Virus record (IMG/VR): IMGVR_UViG_3300035696_000038
Location: 5,616 to 69,615 of that record
Source of the DNA: a virus
DNA: 64,000 nucleotides
Direction: 5' to 3' (one strand)
The position numbers were made by a program, and so were the translations under genes. The notes under the pieces are model-generated. The model had not been told where the DNA came from and made no database searches. It saw only the letters and a list, made by a program, of their open reading frames with translations. This document shows, piece after piece, positions 54,509 to 64,000 of the stretch. Within the stretch, counting starts at the first letter, position 1, and each line of letters starts with the position of its first letter.

Positions 54509-55387
54509 ATGAGCAACACGGCAGTCCAGACCGTGGACTCGGCTGTTGAGCGGACATGGCACATCCTGAACCTGGGCGCGGGCGTGCAGTCGACCACGCT
54601 CTACCTGATGGCCATGCAGGGCGCTTTCCCGGTGGACTACGCCATCTTTGCCGACACCGGCGATGAGCCCCGCGCTGTTTACGACCACCTTGCGTGGTTG
54701 CAAAGCCTGAACGGGCCGGCGATCTTGGTGCGCAGCAAAGGGCGGCTGAGCGACGACCTGAAGCGAGGCGTCAACTCAACCGGCGGCCGGTTCGCATCGA
54801 TCCCGGCGTATACCAAACTGCCCGGCGCGGAAGAAGAAGGCCGCACCCGCCGCCAGTGCTCAAAAGAATACAAGGTGGAAGTGATTGAGCGGACGATTCG
54901 CCGCGAGGTGTGCGGACTGGCGCCGGGAAGGCGCATCCCCAAGACGATCACTATCGTGCAGTATGTCGGGATCTCCTTGGACGAAGCCGGCCGCTTTGAA
55001 CGCATGAAGCGGAACCGCAAACTAGGCACGATGCGCGCCCCGCTGATCGAGCGCTTTATGACCCGCGAAGCCTGCAAGATATGGCTCACGGAGTTTGGCA
55101 ACGTGCCCCACGAGGTGCCGCGCTCAGCCTGCGTCTTTTGCCCCTTCCACGACGACGAGGAGTGGCTGCGCGTAAAGAGCGTGCCGGACGACTGGGCGCA
55201 CGCCGTGGAAGTGGACGAGGCGCTGCGCATCAAGGGCAACGTGGTAAACCGCAATATGGATGCGGAGATGTTTGTGCATCGCAGCTGCCAGCCGCTGGTG
55301 CAGATCGACTTTCAACCAAAGATAAAGGACGACCGCCAAGCGAGCATTCCGTTCTGGCGCGAGTGCTTGGGAGTGTGCGGGGTATGA
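54509..55387 (+). CDS. PAPS-reductase-like (PP-loop) phage protein
   Basis: LNLGAGVQSTT, IFADTGDEP, RQCSKEYKV, RSACVFCPF. Confidence 0.8.
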   Translation: MSNTAVQTVDSAVERTWHILNLGAGVQSTTLYLMAMQGAFPVDYAIFADTGDEPRAVYDHLAWLQSLNGPAILVRSKGRLSDDLKRGVNSTGGRFASIPAYTKLPGAEEEGRTRRQCSKEYKVEVIERTIRREVCGLAPGRRIPKTITIVQYVGISLDEAGRFERMKRNRKLGTMRAPLIERFMTREACKIWLTEFGNVPHEVPRSACVFCPFHDDEEWLRVKSVPDDWAHAVEVDEALRIKGNVVNRNMDAEMFVHRSCQPLVQIDFQPKIKDDRQASIPFWRECLGVCGV

Positions 55388-55929
55388 TGCCAGCCTTGAA
55401 ACAAAGAGCGCCGCACCTGCGGCTTTACCGGCGGGAATGGGCGCTGCCCGCTTGCCGGCTGGTTGAGCGAAGCGACGATATTGAGCCGCTGGTGCGGGAG
55501 ATGACACGGATTTGCCACACGATGCGCGCGGGCGGCCTGTCTGCCCCGCAACTGGGCGTGAACCTGCGCCTGGCCGTGGTGATGACCGAGAGCGGAATGG
55601 CGGAGACCCTGATTAACCCCGAGATCGTGAACCTGGCCGGCCGCGACCTGCTGGCGCCCGAGGGCTGCCTGAGCCTGCCGCCGCACAACCAAGCCATGGC
55701 GCGCGTGTGGCGCAGCGAGATTGTGCAGGTGAGAACAGGCACGGCGGAAGACCCCGGCGCGCGCCTGCTGCGCGATTACCACAGACAGGCGGCGCGGCTG
55801 GTGCAGCATGAGATCGACCACCTGGAAGGCGTCTTCTTTATCGACCGCTGCGGACCAATCGCCCGCTCGATTGTGCTACGGCAGTTCGACCGCTGCCTGC
55901 GAAGCAGAGCGCCGCATCCGCTCCCGTAG
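55384..55929 (+). CDS. def: Peptide deformylase
   Basis: GGLSAPQLG, LINP, EGCLSLP, QHEIDHLEG. Confidence 0.92.
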   Translation: MMPALKQRAPHLRLYRREWALPACRLVERSDDIEPLVREMTRICHTMRAGGLSAPQLGVNLRLAVVMTESGMAETLINPEIVNLAGRDLLAPEGCLSLPPHNQAMARVWRSEIVQVRTGTAEDPGARLLRDYHRQAARLVQHEIDHLEGVFFIDRCGPIARSIVLRQFDRCLRSRAPHPLP

Positions 55930-56382
55930 GATGTCGGGCTTGTGCTGCCGCTTCCAGCGCGACCAAAGGCGATTCCATAACTTGGCATACAGGTCACCGG
56001 CCCGCCACGCCTTCATGACCTCTACCAAACCCTGAGACGACAGATTGCCGCGCTCGGGGCCGCAATCGAAGTACGCACACCCGAACGGCGCCACGGCGTG
56101 AATGCCGCAACGCAGTTGCCCGGTAAGGTGAATGCACGAGCCATCTTTTTTGACCGCCGGAACCAGCGTGTGAATGCGGAACGTCTGGCCGTCTCTGATA
56201 GCCAGAGCGCCGGGCGATGCCAGCAAATGCTTGTCGGCCCACAAGTACGCGTCCTCGCCCGCCGGGATCATCCGCTCAAGGTCGCTCGGGATCAGAAAAC
56301 CCGGCATGAACCGGCAGTTGGTGGTGCAGGCTTGGCACCCGCAGATAGTACGCTCAAATCCGAATTCTGCCCGAACGCTCAT
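55876..56382 (-). CDS. YkgJ-like Fe-S/Zn cysteine-cluster protein
   Basis: C.C..C...C, CIHL...CGIH..PFGC..F.C. Confidence 0.7.
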   Translation of the reverse strand: MSVRAEFGFERTICGCQACTTNCRFMPGFLIPSDLERMIPAGEDAYLWADKHLLASPGALAIRDGQTFRIHTLVPAVKKDGSCIHLTGQLRCGIHAVAPFGCAYFDCGPERGNLSSQGLVEVMKAWRAGDLYAKLWNRLWSRWKRQHKPDILRERMRRSASQAAVELP

Positions 56383-56479
56383 GAAACCCCTCAAAATAAC
56401 CTGTAGGCGCGGAAACCCGCGCAGGACGCGCCGAAAAACACCGAAAGCGCAGGTAAAGCGCAAGAATGGTGCACCCAAC

Positions 56480-57136
56480 TCAAACTTGCCGATTCCGTGC
56501 CAGAATCTTTGCCACCGTGCCGGCGTTCCAAGGCCGCCCCATGCGCGTGGGAACCGCCTGTTGACCGAGGATGGCCGCGATCTCACGCGGCTTTAATCCA
56601 TCGGCCCTGTAGGCCCGGATTTGCCGTAAGACTTCGGCTTCACCGGGCTTCTCTCCATACGCATGACGACCCTCGCCCTTGCCCGTCCGCGCCTTCTTCC
56701 GCTGCCGCGCGCCGCGCAGCTTGAGCACGGTGATTGCCCTATCGTACTGAGCTATGGCGCCGAAAATCTGCCGCATGAGTACACGGCTGGGATCTTGCGA
56801 GCAAAGATCGGGCTCGCAGGTTGAAACGAGCGTGTAACCGTGCTTCTGAATGTCTGCAACGATGGTCTCTTGCACCATGAGGTCGCGCGCCAAGCGGTCG
56901 AGTTTCTCGATAATGACCGTCTTGATGCCGTTCTCTTCAAGCGCGGCCAGCAGCTCGGCCAGGGCGGGGCGATCGTCGAGTTCCTTGGTGCCCGAGACGC
57001 CCTCTTCGCGGAAGACTTCAATGATCTCAATGCCGTTTGCCGCGGCATACTTGGTGCACGCTGCTAACTGGCGGTCGAAGCCGTCGCCGTCTACTTGACC
57101 GAGGCCCGAAACCCTTAAATATGCGAATGCCTTCAT
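56480..57136 (-). CDS. Serine recombinase (resolvase family)
   Basis: AYLRVSG..Q, EEGVSG, RPAL, EKLDRLARD. Confidence 0.92.
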   Translation of the reverse strand: MKAFAYLRVSGLGQVDGDGFDRQLAACTKYAAANGIEIIEVFREEGVSGTKELDDRPALAELLAALEENGIKTVIIEKLDRLARDLMVQETIVADIQKHGYTLVSTCEPDLCSQDPSRVLMRQIFGAIAQYDRAITVLKLRGARQRKKARTGKGEGRHAYGEKPGEAEVLRQIRAYRADGLKPREIAAILGQQAVPTRMGRPWNAGTVAKILARNRQV

Positions 57137-57215
57137 TTTTCCTCTGTTGACGGCGGGTTGTTGATTTATTCGTCCTAGTCCATGCGGTAACGGTTGAACC
57201 AGCGTTGCTCGGCCA

Positions 57216-59025
57216 TTATGAAAACCTCTCTTCATTCGCCAGCCAAGTAGCTATGTTCTCAGGCTCCACGACGCCATCGGGGCCGGGCAGGTCGATGTGA
57301 TACTCAAAGCCGTGATCGGCGCGGCTGAGCCTGAGATAGAACCGCTCGCGGTTGTTGCAGCCGACAAGCATCTTGTTGAAGTCCTCGTCGCTGAGTTGCT
57401 GAATAATCGGCTGCATGTTCATGCTAGCTTCTCCAGCCGGCTGACCAACTCGCGGATTGGCCCGGCTCCGCATTTGTTCCATCCGTTGCCGCGCGTGAGA
57501 TGGTGCCACCAGCAATCTTCAACTTTGACAGGCACCGGGTTGTGCCCCTTGCTGCCCCGGCAATGCGGACACATGGCTAGAGCGGCCTCAAGCAAGACGG
57601 CGCGGCGTACCGCGGGATCAATCGGCATCGAGGCTCCTGGTGCGCTTGGGCTTGGGTAACGCAATCGCCACCTTGCCGGTTTTCTTGGATGGCCGGGCGG
57701 CGGGCGCCGGAGACGCACCGAGCGCGCCATGGCCGTTTGGTTTTTTGCTGGCGGCGCCGATCTTGGCGGCGCGCGTTGGCACCGCCACGGGCGCGACCTC
57801 TTCAAACTCAAACTCGCCGGTAGCGTCCCGGTCAACGTAGAGCATCTTCTTGCCCTTGCGGTCGGTGCGCTTGTCGTGGCCGTTCCAGGTATGACGACCG
57901 CACCAGCGGCAGCGATCTGGAATACCCTTGCCGGGTCGCGAGACCCAAGGCTCGCCCTTGCCGGGACAATCCTCCAGCTCACAGACGCACTTGTACACAA
58001 CTTGCGTGACGGTTTCGTAGCTCAATAGATTCCTCGATTAGCAGGAAACACTCGGATTCCTGAAGGTTAGAGTTGCTCTGCCGCGGGCCGGCGCTCGTTC
58101 ATCTTCCGCACTTGGACCCGGCAAGCTGGATGAGGGCAGGTGATTAGCCCACGAGACCAGTCACCCGCGCTCCAAAGAATTTCGCCGCGCAGAGACTCAT
58201 GACCACCAAACATGCGCCCGCAATTGGGACATGGTAGCCAGAAGTAGCCGCCACGCCACGCTTTGAGGCGCTCTAGAAATTCGATCCTGGGCATTACCAA
58301 TTACCCCCGATCGTGTCGGCTTCTCCAAAGGTGCATGGGCCGCACATGCCTGTAGCCGGAACGATAGGCGACTCACCGCACACCTCGCACTTGCCTGTCC
58401 AGTCCGGCTCCATCTCGGGATCGCGCACCGTCTTGGGTGGCTTCTTATGAACCTGCGGGCGGGCTGGCTGTTTGCTTGGCTGCTTGGTTGTTTGCTTCGT
58501 CATTGCGTCCTCCAATCTGCCTGCATTTTCCGCTCAGCCTCCCAGCGGAGCAAGGCCCCTTTGCAGCGCTCGCTGCACGTGCGGCGCAGATTGGACAACA
58601 CGCGCGCCGCTGAAACCGGCTGCCAAGTGAAAAGCTGCTTGCACCACTCACAGCGCAGATGGAGCGCGGGCACTGGCCGTCTGCGCCCGCACACACAGCA
58701 CCGCATTACTTTGGCAAAGGCGATGTAACGGTGCTCGTGGTGAGATGCTGCCATGCGAGGCCAACTTCTACGCCGCAGTTTCGTCCAGAGTCTGGACTGC
58801 CATGGTTTCCACAATCCGCTGGATGTCGAGCAGATAGCGGTGATAGTCGCACACGTAAATGTTGCCGGCGTGCGTGGCCCAGGTGGCATCTTCGCCGCAC
58901 ATGCCCACGCGATCACACGCGATGCGATGCCGGTCGCGGGGATCGACCGCCCGCCAGACCCGGTTTTCGGTCATGGGCGGGACGTTGACCAAAACCCTTC
59001 CGCGATACTGCTGCCCTGAATCCAT
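57216..59025 (-). CDS. Run of short minus-strand hypothetical genes (57216-57422, 57419-57629, 57618-58025, 58067-58300, 58294-58503, 58500-58754, 58768-59025)
   Basis: Co-oriented, abutting or overlapping short ORFs, mostly with CxxC pairs; individual boundaries are uncertain. Confidence 0.45.
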
Positions 59026-59194
59026 GATTGGCCTCGATCTGCCCGGAGCGCCGGGCCGGTTGATTCATTTGGTCCGCTATCAAAGAGACCGGACCGAATT
59101 ACCTGTGTTTACGTTGCGCTTGTTGCATCGATATGTCAAGTACAAAGGGCAACGTGATGCACGTTATAAACGGCGTCGAGTTGGAGCCTCGATC

Positions 59195-59674
59195 TCACCC
59201 GCCGCAGTTCAGCCGCTGGCAGAGCGCGTCGATCTCTTTGCTTGTAAGCTCTTCGGCTTCGGTGAAGTGGTCGCAGTTCCCAGACATGCAGTCACCGGGC
59301 CCGTCGGCGCGCTCCTGAACCATGCGCAGACCATGCAGGACCGTGGCCCACTCGCCGCGGCTGAAAGATGGGCCGGCTTGCTGAGGACGGAACTGAATAC
59401 CTGCCCCTACCGTGGCCGCCCAGTAATGCACGGCGGCCAAGCGCAGCCGGCCGCTAAGGTCGATGCCGTCGCGGTCGCACATGTGCGCCAGGTTGGCCAG
59501 GAGATTGGAGAGATTTTGTTCGCGGATCTCACGGCGCAGCGTTTCGCCCAGCCCGGGCAAGGACGGCTTGCCGTGGGCTTGGATGAACTGCTCGAATGCC
59601 TCTGCCGCCCACTGCGCGCGCCGGCTGTTCATTTGCTCAGGATCGGGCGGCAATGCCCGTGCTTTGGTCTTCAT
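59195..59674 (-). CDS. Hypothetical protein
   Basis: GAGGAG RBS; PPDPEQMN..RAQWA..A...LLANLAHMCDR. Confidence 0.7.
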   Translation of the reverse strand: MKTKARALPPDPEQMNSRRAQWAAEAFEQFIQAHGKPSLPGLGETLRREIREQNLSNLLANLAHMCDRDGIDLSGRLRLAAVHYWAATVGAGIQFRPQQAGPSFSRGEWATVLHGLRMVQERADGPGDCMSGNCDHFTEAEELTSKEIDALCQRLNCGG

Positions 59675-59747
59675 GATCTCCTCGGTTTCTGCCCGGTTGT
59701 GTGCGGGCGCGGTTTGGGTTTCATTTGGTTCGCTATCAAACAAAGCG

Positions 59748-59957
59748 CTAGGCCGATGGCTGATTCTCGACAAGACAACAAGCCGCGGAAGGAAAAATAT
59801 AGCCGTGCCTCCCGAGAAACCTGTATCGCAGATCGATACGTGCATGTTGGAGAAACTTGTCGACGGCTTCAGTCTCGGTTGCGGCTTCCACGTTCGCAAT
59901 GTACTCGCCGACAGATTCGCCATCCTGTGAGACTTGAATTGTGATTCTGGTTTTCAT
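59748..59957 (-). CDS. Hypothetical protein
   Basis: GAGGT RBS; 69 aa. Confidence 0.5.
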   Translation of the reverse strand: MKTRITIQVSQDGESVGEYIANVEAATETEAVDKFLQHARIDLRYRFLGRHGYIFPSAACCLVENQPSA

Positions 59958-59966
59958 GCCGTTACC

Positions 59967-62045
59967 TCACCCCTCAATGACCAGCAGCGCCGTGTTTACA
60001 TTGGTGCCCTGCTCGCTGAACGTGCCGGCGGGCAAGTCTTCCCACCATCCGCCGGAGTTCTCCGCCAGGGGCTTCAGAATCTCGCGCTGGCGCGGACCGT
60101 TGGCACAGAGCGCGACCAGCCGGCCGCCAGGCTTCAAAAACTTCTGCGCGTGCTGGATGTGGCGAATGTCTGCACCGTTCTGAAACGGCGGATTCATTAC
60201 GATGCGGTCGTATGGCTTGGGCCCTCCCAGAGCGCCGTCCAGGTTGTACTGCAAGAAGTCCATACAAAGAACGGGCATGAGAGGGAATTCGGCTCGCAAT
60301 CGGCCAGCAAGCCGGTTGTCGATCTCTACAGCGGTCGGCAGCCCCTTATCTGTGTTCATAAGGGCTTGCACAAGGTTTCCCGTTCCCGCGCTGGGCTCCA
60401 GAATGCGGTGCCCGGGCTCGATTTCTGCCTCTTCGACCATGCGCGCGGCCAGCTCGGGCGGAGTGGGGAAGAGTTGCGGCGCGCTCACCACTTGCACGCC
60501 GGCGCGCAACGTGGCCTTGAGTTCCTCGATCTTGGCGCTGAGCGCGGCGGGACTGACAGCGGCTTCAATTTCCGCATTGGTGGCGCGGGTGAATTGCACC
60601 TCGTGGTTAAACGGCAATGTAGGGCGCTCCGGCTCCGGCTGGGGTCTGGCGGCGGGCAGGACGGGGCGCGCGGGCTCGATGGCTGGCGCGGGCTCGGCCA
60701 GGAGCGAAGCAGGCGGCGCATCCTTGCGCTTGGCGTCGGTGATGAATACGGGCCAGTAAATGTGCGTGCGGTTGGCAGAGCAGTAACCGGGTTCCAGCTC
60801 CCGGCCCACGGGCGCGGGAAGATGTAGCCGGTAACCAATGGCGGTGCGGACGCGGTGCGCTCCAGCGGCTGCGGTTGCCTCCAGCTTGCGGCTACCCTTC
60901 AAATCCTTGTGGATGGCGTCCCATTCGGCCTGCGTGCAGGTGGCGAAGCGCCCGCCAGGATAGTTGCAGAGCGGGCCCGGCTTGTTGGCCGCTGCGACGG
61001 CCTGCGCCTGCTCTTGGCTGGGCGCTTCGTAGCTCTGGATATTCTCAGCGCTCACAACCGGCACGTAACGGCGATTGGTGGTGACGCTCAAGATCCGGTC
61101 ATCTTTGCGGGTGACGCGGAGCACGGTGAGCCACTCACGGCCAACCAGCACGCGACCGCCTACGGCGATGTCTGTTTGGTCCGCTATCAAACCGCCGCTC
61201 TCGCCCAGCATGGCGCGCTCATAGGCCAAGCGGTTATCCAGGTGCGCGATCCACCGGGCATTGACGGCCAGCGTGTGGCGCGCATTGCTGAGCGTGGCGC
61301 GCTGCGCCTCCTCTGGCGTCATGCTGCCGTTGCTCAGGCCCAGGTAGACGCCCATACTTGCCGTGTTGGTATGCCCGGCCAAAAACAGTGCGCGATCCGG
61401 GAAAGTGGTAGCGCTCCCGTCACGGTTTACGCTGGGGACAGCGCCGTCAAGATGCACATTTTCCCACAGCTTGATGGTCTTTTCGGCGTCGGCTTGGTTG
61501 CGCTCACACTTGCGCTTGTCTGCTTCCAGGCCCTTGATGCGGCGGGCGCGCACGTCGGAGCGCTCCTTGTACTTGGCCAGGGCCAGCGCGCCAGCGGCGC
61601 GGCCTTTCCAGTATTCGGCGGCTTCCCAGCAGGAAACGGCCTTGCGCATTCCGTTCTCGATGCGTTCGGCATCCTTGCGGGCGCGGCGCTCACTGTGATG
61701 GCCGATCAGGATAGGTTGGCCCAGGGGAATTCCGCTGGTGATGCGCTCGACCGCCTTGTGTGCCTGCGCGGCTTGCTCGGTGCGGCGCTCGCTCAGATCC
61801 TCAAGGCGCTCGGCCTTAGCTTCGGCGCGCTCGACCAGGCTGGTGTCTTCGTCGCCGATGTCTCCGCACATCTGCAGGAGCAAGTCCTCGCGGTCGGGAG
61901 TCCAGGCAGGCGCGACAAATAGCTCTTGCTTGGGCGCCCAGCCGAAACCGGCGGCCTTGACGGTGGCGTAGTCTTCCGCGCTAAGCCGGTAAGCGGGATA
62001 GAGCCGGAGCTTGTTGTCTTCAGGGCTGTACGTGGCGGTGTGCAT
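59967..62045 (-). CDS. DUF3560-domain protein fused to an amino-methyltransferase domain
   Basis: ATYSPEDNKLRLY, IPLGQPILIGHHSERRAR; FPTP, ILEPSAGTG, IVMNPPF. Confidence 0.88.
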   Translation of the reverse strand: MHTATYSPEDNKLRLYPAYRLSAEDYATVKAAGFGWAPKQELFVAPAWTPDREDLLLQMCGDIGDEDTSLVERAEAKAERLEDLSERRTEQAAQAHKAVERITSGIPLGQPILIGHHSERRARKDAERIENGMRKAVSCWEAAEYWKGRAAGALALAKYKERSDVRARRIKGLEADKRKCERNQADAEKTIKLWENVHLDGAVPSVNRDGSATTFPDRALFLAGHTNTASMGVYLGLSNGSMTPEEAQRATLSNARHTLAVNARWIAHLDNRLAYERAMLGESGGLIADQTDIAVGGRVLVGREWLTVLRVTRKDDRILSVTTNRRYVPVVSAENIQSYEAPSQEQAQAVAAANKPGPLCNYPGGRFATCTQAEWDAIHKDLKGSRKLEATAAAGAHRVRTAIGYRLHLPAPVGRELEPGYCSANRTHIYWPVFITDAKRKDAPPASLLAEPAPAIEPARPVLPAARPQPEPERPTLPFNHEVQFTRATNAEIEAAVSPAALSAKIEELKATLRAGVQVVSAPQLFPTPPELAARMVEEAEIEPGHRILEPSAGTGNLVQALMNTDKGLPTAVEIDNRLAGRLRAEFPLMPVLCMDFLQYNLDGALGGPKPYDRIVMNPPFQNGADIRHIQHAQKFLKPGGRLVALCANGPRQREILKPLAENSGGWWEDLPAGTFSEQGTNVNTALLVIEG

Positions 62046-62077
62046 CGATTTGGTCTCCTATCAATTTTGGTTCGCTA

Positions 62078-62347
62078 TCAAAACAGCGTCGGGTTTCCGC
62101 CGGTGCCGAAAAACAGCGGCGATTCGCGCTCGATTCGCCCCGCTTTGGCGCTGATGTCGGCCTTGGGTGTGCGCATGGCTGCGGTGAGTTCCTCGGCTTG
62201 GGCAAGCTGGCGCACGGTCTCGCGGTCAGTGTCGGTCGTCTCCATGCCAGGCAATGCGGCGGAGTGGATGGCGGTGCCGGGGAGCTGCCCGCAGGCCAGG
62301 CAGGGCTGGCCAGGACGCGCGCGGCGCATGTAAGGGTGTGGCTGCAT
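62078..62347 (-). CDS. Hypothetical protein
   Basis: Short co-oriented ORF ending PLFFGTGGNPTLF. Confidence 0.55.
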   Translation of the reverse strand: MQPHPYMRRARPGQPCLACGQLPGTAIHSAALPGMETTDTDRETVRQLAQAEELTAAMRTPKADISAKAGRIERESPLFFGTGGNPTLF

Positions 62348-62349
62348 GG

Positions 62350-62568
62350 CTATTCGTCCCCCTCTGTCACTTGCTCGAAAACGAAACCACCGATAACCGT
62401 GGGCCCCTCGGCATCGCAGGCGGACCACTGCGCGCCGCTGGGCCGGTGCTCAACGAACCATTGCCCGTGTTCAAAGAACGCGGAAAGATTGCGCTTGCCC
62501 AGCGTGGCGCGGGCCGATGCCAGCATCTTCTTTTCTATCGCCGGCGTGTTTTGTTCGGTCTTCAGCAT
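62350..62568 (-). CDS. Hypothetical protein
   Basis: GGAG RBS; FFEHGQWFV...QWS..DA.G. Confidence 0.65.
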   Translation of the reverse strand: MLKTEQNTPAIEKKMLASARATLGKRNLSAFFEHGQWFVEHRPSGAQWSACDAEGPTVIGGFVFEQVTEGDE

Positions 62569-62712
62569 AAAAATTCTCCGGGTTACAGTTGGTTGCCTAT
62601 CAAAGCAGCGGCGGCTGGTGTCCAGACTCCGGACTCAGGCCGTCATCATCTCAAGTTCAAGATCCATCAGGGCGGCGCGAATATTGTTTTACGGTGCGCG
62701 TACAATGGCCGC

Positions 62713-63294
62713 ATGTCGAGCCCAGAGTACAACAAGCGATATCGGCAAGAGCGGAAGAAAGCGGGCATGTGCGGCAGTTGTTTTACGCGACCGTCCCAGC
62801 CAGGCAAAACCCAATGCGACCGATGCAGTGAAATGCGAAGGCAGCGAGAGCGATCCAACTATCGTGCAGGGCTGTGTATTTGTGGCCGGCCGCGAGACGG
62901 AAAAGCAAAATGCCCCGCATGTGCTGAGCGGCATAAGGCATGGATAAGCATTCCAGAGAACCGGAAACGCTGGGGTGAGCGGGTGAACGTGAGTAACCGA
63001 GTCAGGCGCATTAGGGTCCTCATGCACTACGGGGGCAAGTGTGCTTGCTGTGGCGAAACAGGTATGCCGTTTCTGACACTTGACCACATCAACAACGACG
63101 GCAAGAAAGATCGAAAATACATGGTCGGTTCGTATTGGTTCCGGTGGATTGTCAAAAACGGTTATCCAAACGATCTGCAAGTCCTGTGCTGGAATTGCAA
63201 TATGGCGAAGTCGCGTTACGGGAATGGAGTGTGTCCGCATAAGATTCTCACGCCATCAGTAGAGCAAGCTCTAGATCCATCAGCGCTGCTCTAA
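62713..63294 (+). CDS. HNH-type homing endonuclease inserted against the local gene orientation, leaderless
   Basis: TACAAT-N6-ATG; HYGGKCACCGE...LTLDHINNDG...LQVLCWNCN.AK...CPH. Confidence 0.8.
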   Translation: MSSPEYNKRYRQERKKAGMCGSCFTRPSQPGKTQCDRCSEMRRQRERSNYRAGLCICGRPRDGKAKCPACAERHKAWISIPENRKRWGERVNVSNRVRRIRVLMHYGGKCACCGETGMPFLTLDHINNDGKKDRKYMVGSYWFRWIVKNGYPNDLQVLCWNCNMAKSRYGNGVCPHKILTPSVEQALDPSALL

Positions 63295-63907
63295 TGTTTG
63301 AATTGTTTTCCTTGATGATCCGCGCAAAATTCGGCGTCTCTGGTTTACCGTCCGTTTCGGTCTGCCAGATGCGCTCCAATAGCGCTGTAGCCTCTTTTGC
63401 AATGCCGTAACTGGAGAATTCCAAAACGCGGTTGCGGCTGAGAAACCGCGGCTCAAAGCGCTCGGTTGAGTTGCAGGTAAAGATCCAAATGGTATCGGGC
63501 GCGGGAGTCGTTCCGTCAAGCTTGCTTAGCAACGAATCCTGTGCTGCTTTGCTCATGGTGTCGGCTTCATCGACCAGCACGACGTGAAAGCGCTTGCCAG
63601 GTTCAGGCAGGTAAAAGCAGTTTGCCCAGACCGTTTCAATGCGGCTCACCGTGCAGTCTTGGCTGGCAATGTGCTGAATTTGCGCCGGTATGCTTTCAGC
63701 CAATGCCAGCGCCAGGGTTGTTTTCCCGGTCCCGCTTGCGCCGGTGAAAATCCAGTTGGACGAATAGGGCCGCGCGGCCAGCTTGGCCATGATGCGGCGC
63801 GGCTTTTCCAGGCCGGCAAAGTCGGCAAGTTGGCGCGGGCGGTACTTATCCACCAGACTGACAGGCGGCGCGGGTTGAGACGGAAACATCAGCGGCTGCG
63901 CGGACAT
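63248..63907 (-). CDS. Clamp-loader-clade AAA+ ATPase (DnaX/RFC-like N-terminal domain)
   Basis: LVDKYRPRQLADFAG, GASGTGKTT, VLVDEAD.MS..AQ..LL, FLSR. Confidence 0.85.
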   Translation of the reverse strand: MSAQPLMFPSQPAPPVSLVDKYRPRQLADFAGLEKPRRIMAKLAARPYSSNWIFTGASGTGKTTLALALAESIPAQIQHIASQDCTVSRIETVWANCFYLPEPGKRFHVVLVDEADTMSKAAQDSLLSKLDGTTPAPDTIWIFTCNSTERFEPRFLSRNRVLEFSSYGIAKEATALLERIWQTETDGKPETPNFARIIKENNSNIRAALMDLELALLMA

Positions 63908-64000
63908 GGGAACCTCTCTGAACTGATTACAGTATCTTGCAAGTAGCTGTTACTTGTCAATACTAAAATACAAGTGACCGTTCTTTAGTTGGTTCGCTAT

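Larger units (their letters stand above)
59065..64000 (-). repeat. Dispersed direct motif TTTGATAGCG(A/G)ACCAAA, 7 copies
   Basis: On the + strand (TTTGGT(T/C)CGCTATCAAA) at 59068, 59724, 61175, 62066 and 63988 (truncated); variants at 62049 and 62589. Confidence 0.7.

Noticed and set aside
60855-61922. Long antisense ORFs (also 2314-2985, 12575-13732, 18061-19086, 20925-21848, 34886-36127, 58859-59944)
   Set aside because: Shadow frames of well-supported opposite-strand genes in GC-rich DNA, with no recognisable motifs.

Overview
This 64 kb window is GC-rich and gene-dense, and reads as part of a large temperate phage or other mobile element. It carries an ERF annealase, a PD-(D/E)xK nuclease, a primase-helicase with an intein, SSB, three serine recombinases, three DNA methyltransferases, several HNH genes and many short hypothetical ORFs. 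No virion or terminase genes and no host housekeeping operons are visible, so the element type is not settled. An Acidobacteriota-like host is only a tentative inference. Two RNA-based systems stand out. (1) A type V CRISPR-Cas locus: a ~760 aa TnpB/Cas12-family effector with a Cas12m-like RuvC-I motif and intact D-E-D, fused into an operon with a type I-C-like cas4-cas1-cas2 module and a 15-repeat array. Five further leaderless satellite repeat loci are scattered over 50 kb on both strands, and their repeat hairpins show compensatory base changes. (2) A cluster of five tRNA-shaped ncRNAs upstream of an HNH / TROVE(Ro60)-vWA / coiled-coil operon. All five carry the same UAC(U/G)/GACUU internal loop; in four it is grafted at three different places of the tRNA fold, and in the fifth it closes a looser multi-hairpin RNA. 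A second structured RNA region at 14.45-14.86 kb holds a YrlA-like permuted tRNA. Also seen: a dispersed 15-bp palindrome (7 copies), a 16-bp direct motif (7 copies), a family of leaderless TATAAT-N7-ATG cassettes, heptamer and pentamer tandem repeats, a dual-frame split C5 methyltransferase and a class 3 intein. All calls come from reading the sequence by eye; no database searches were run.
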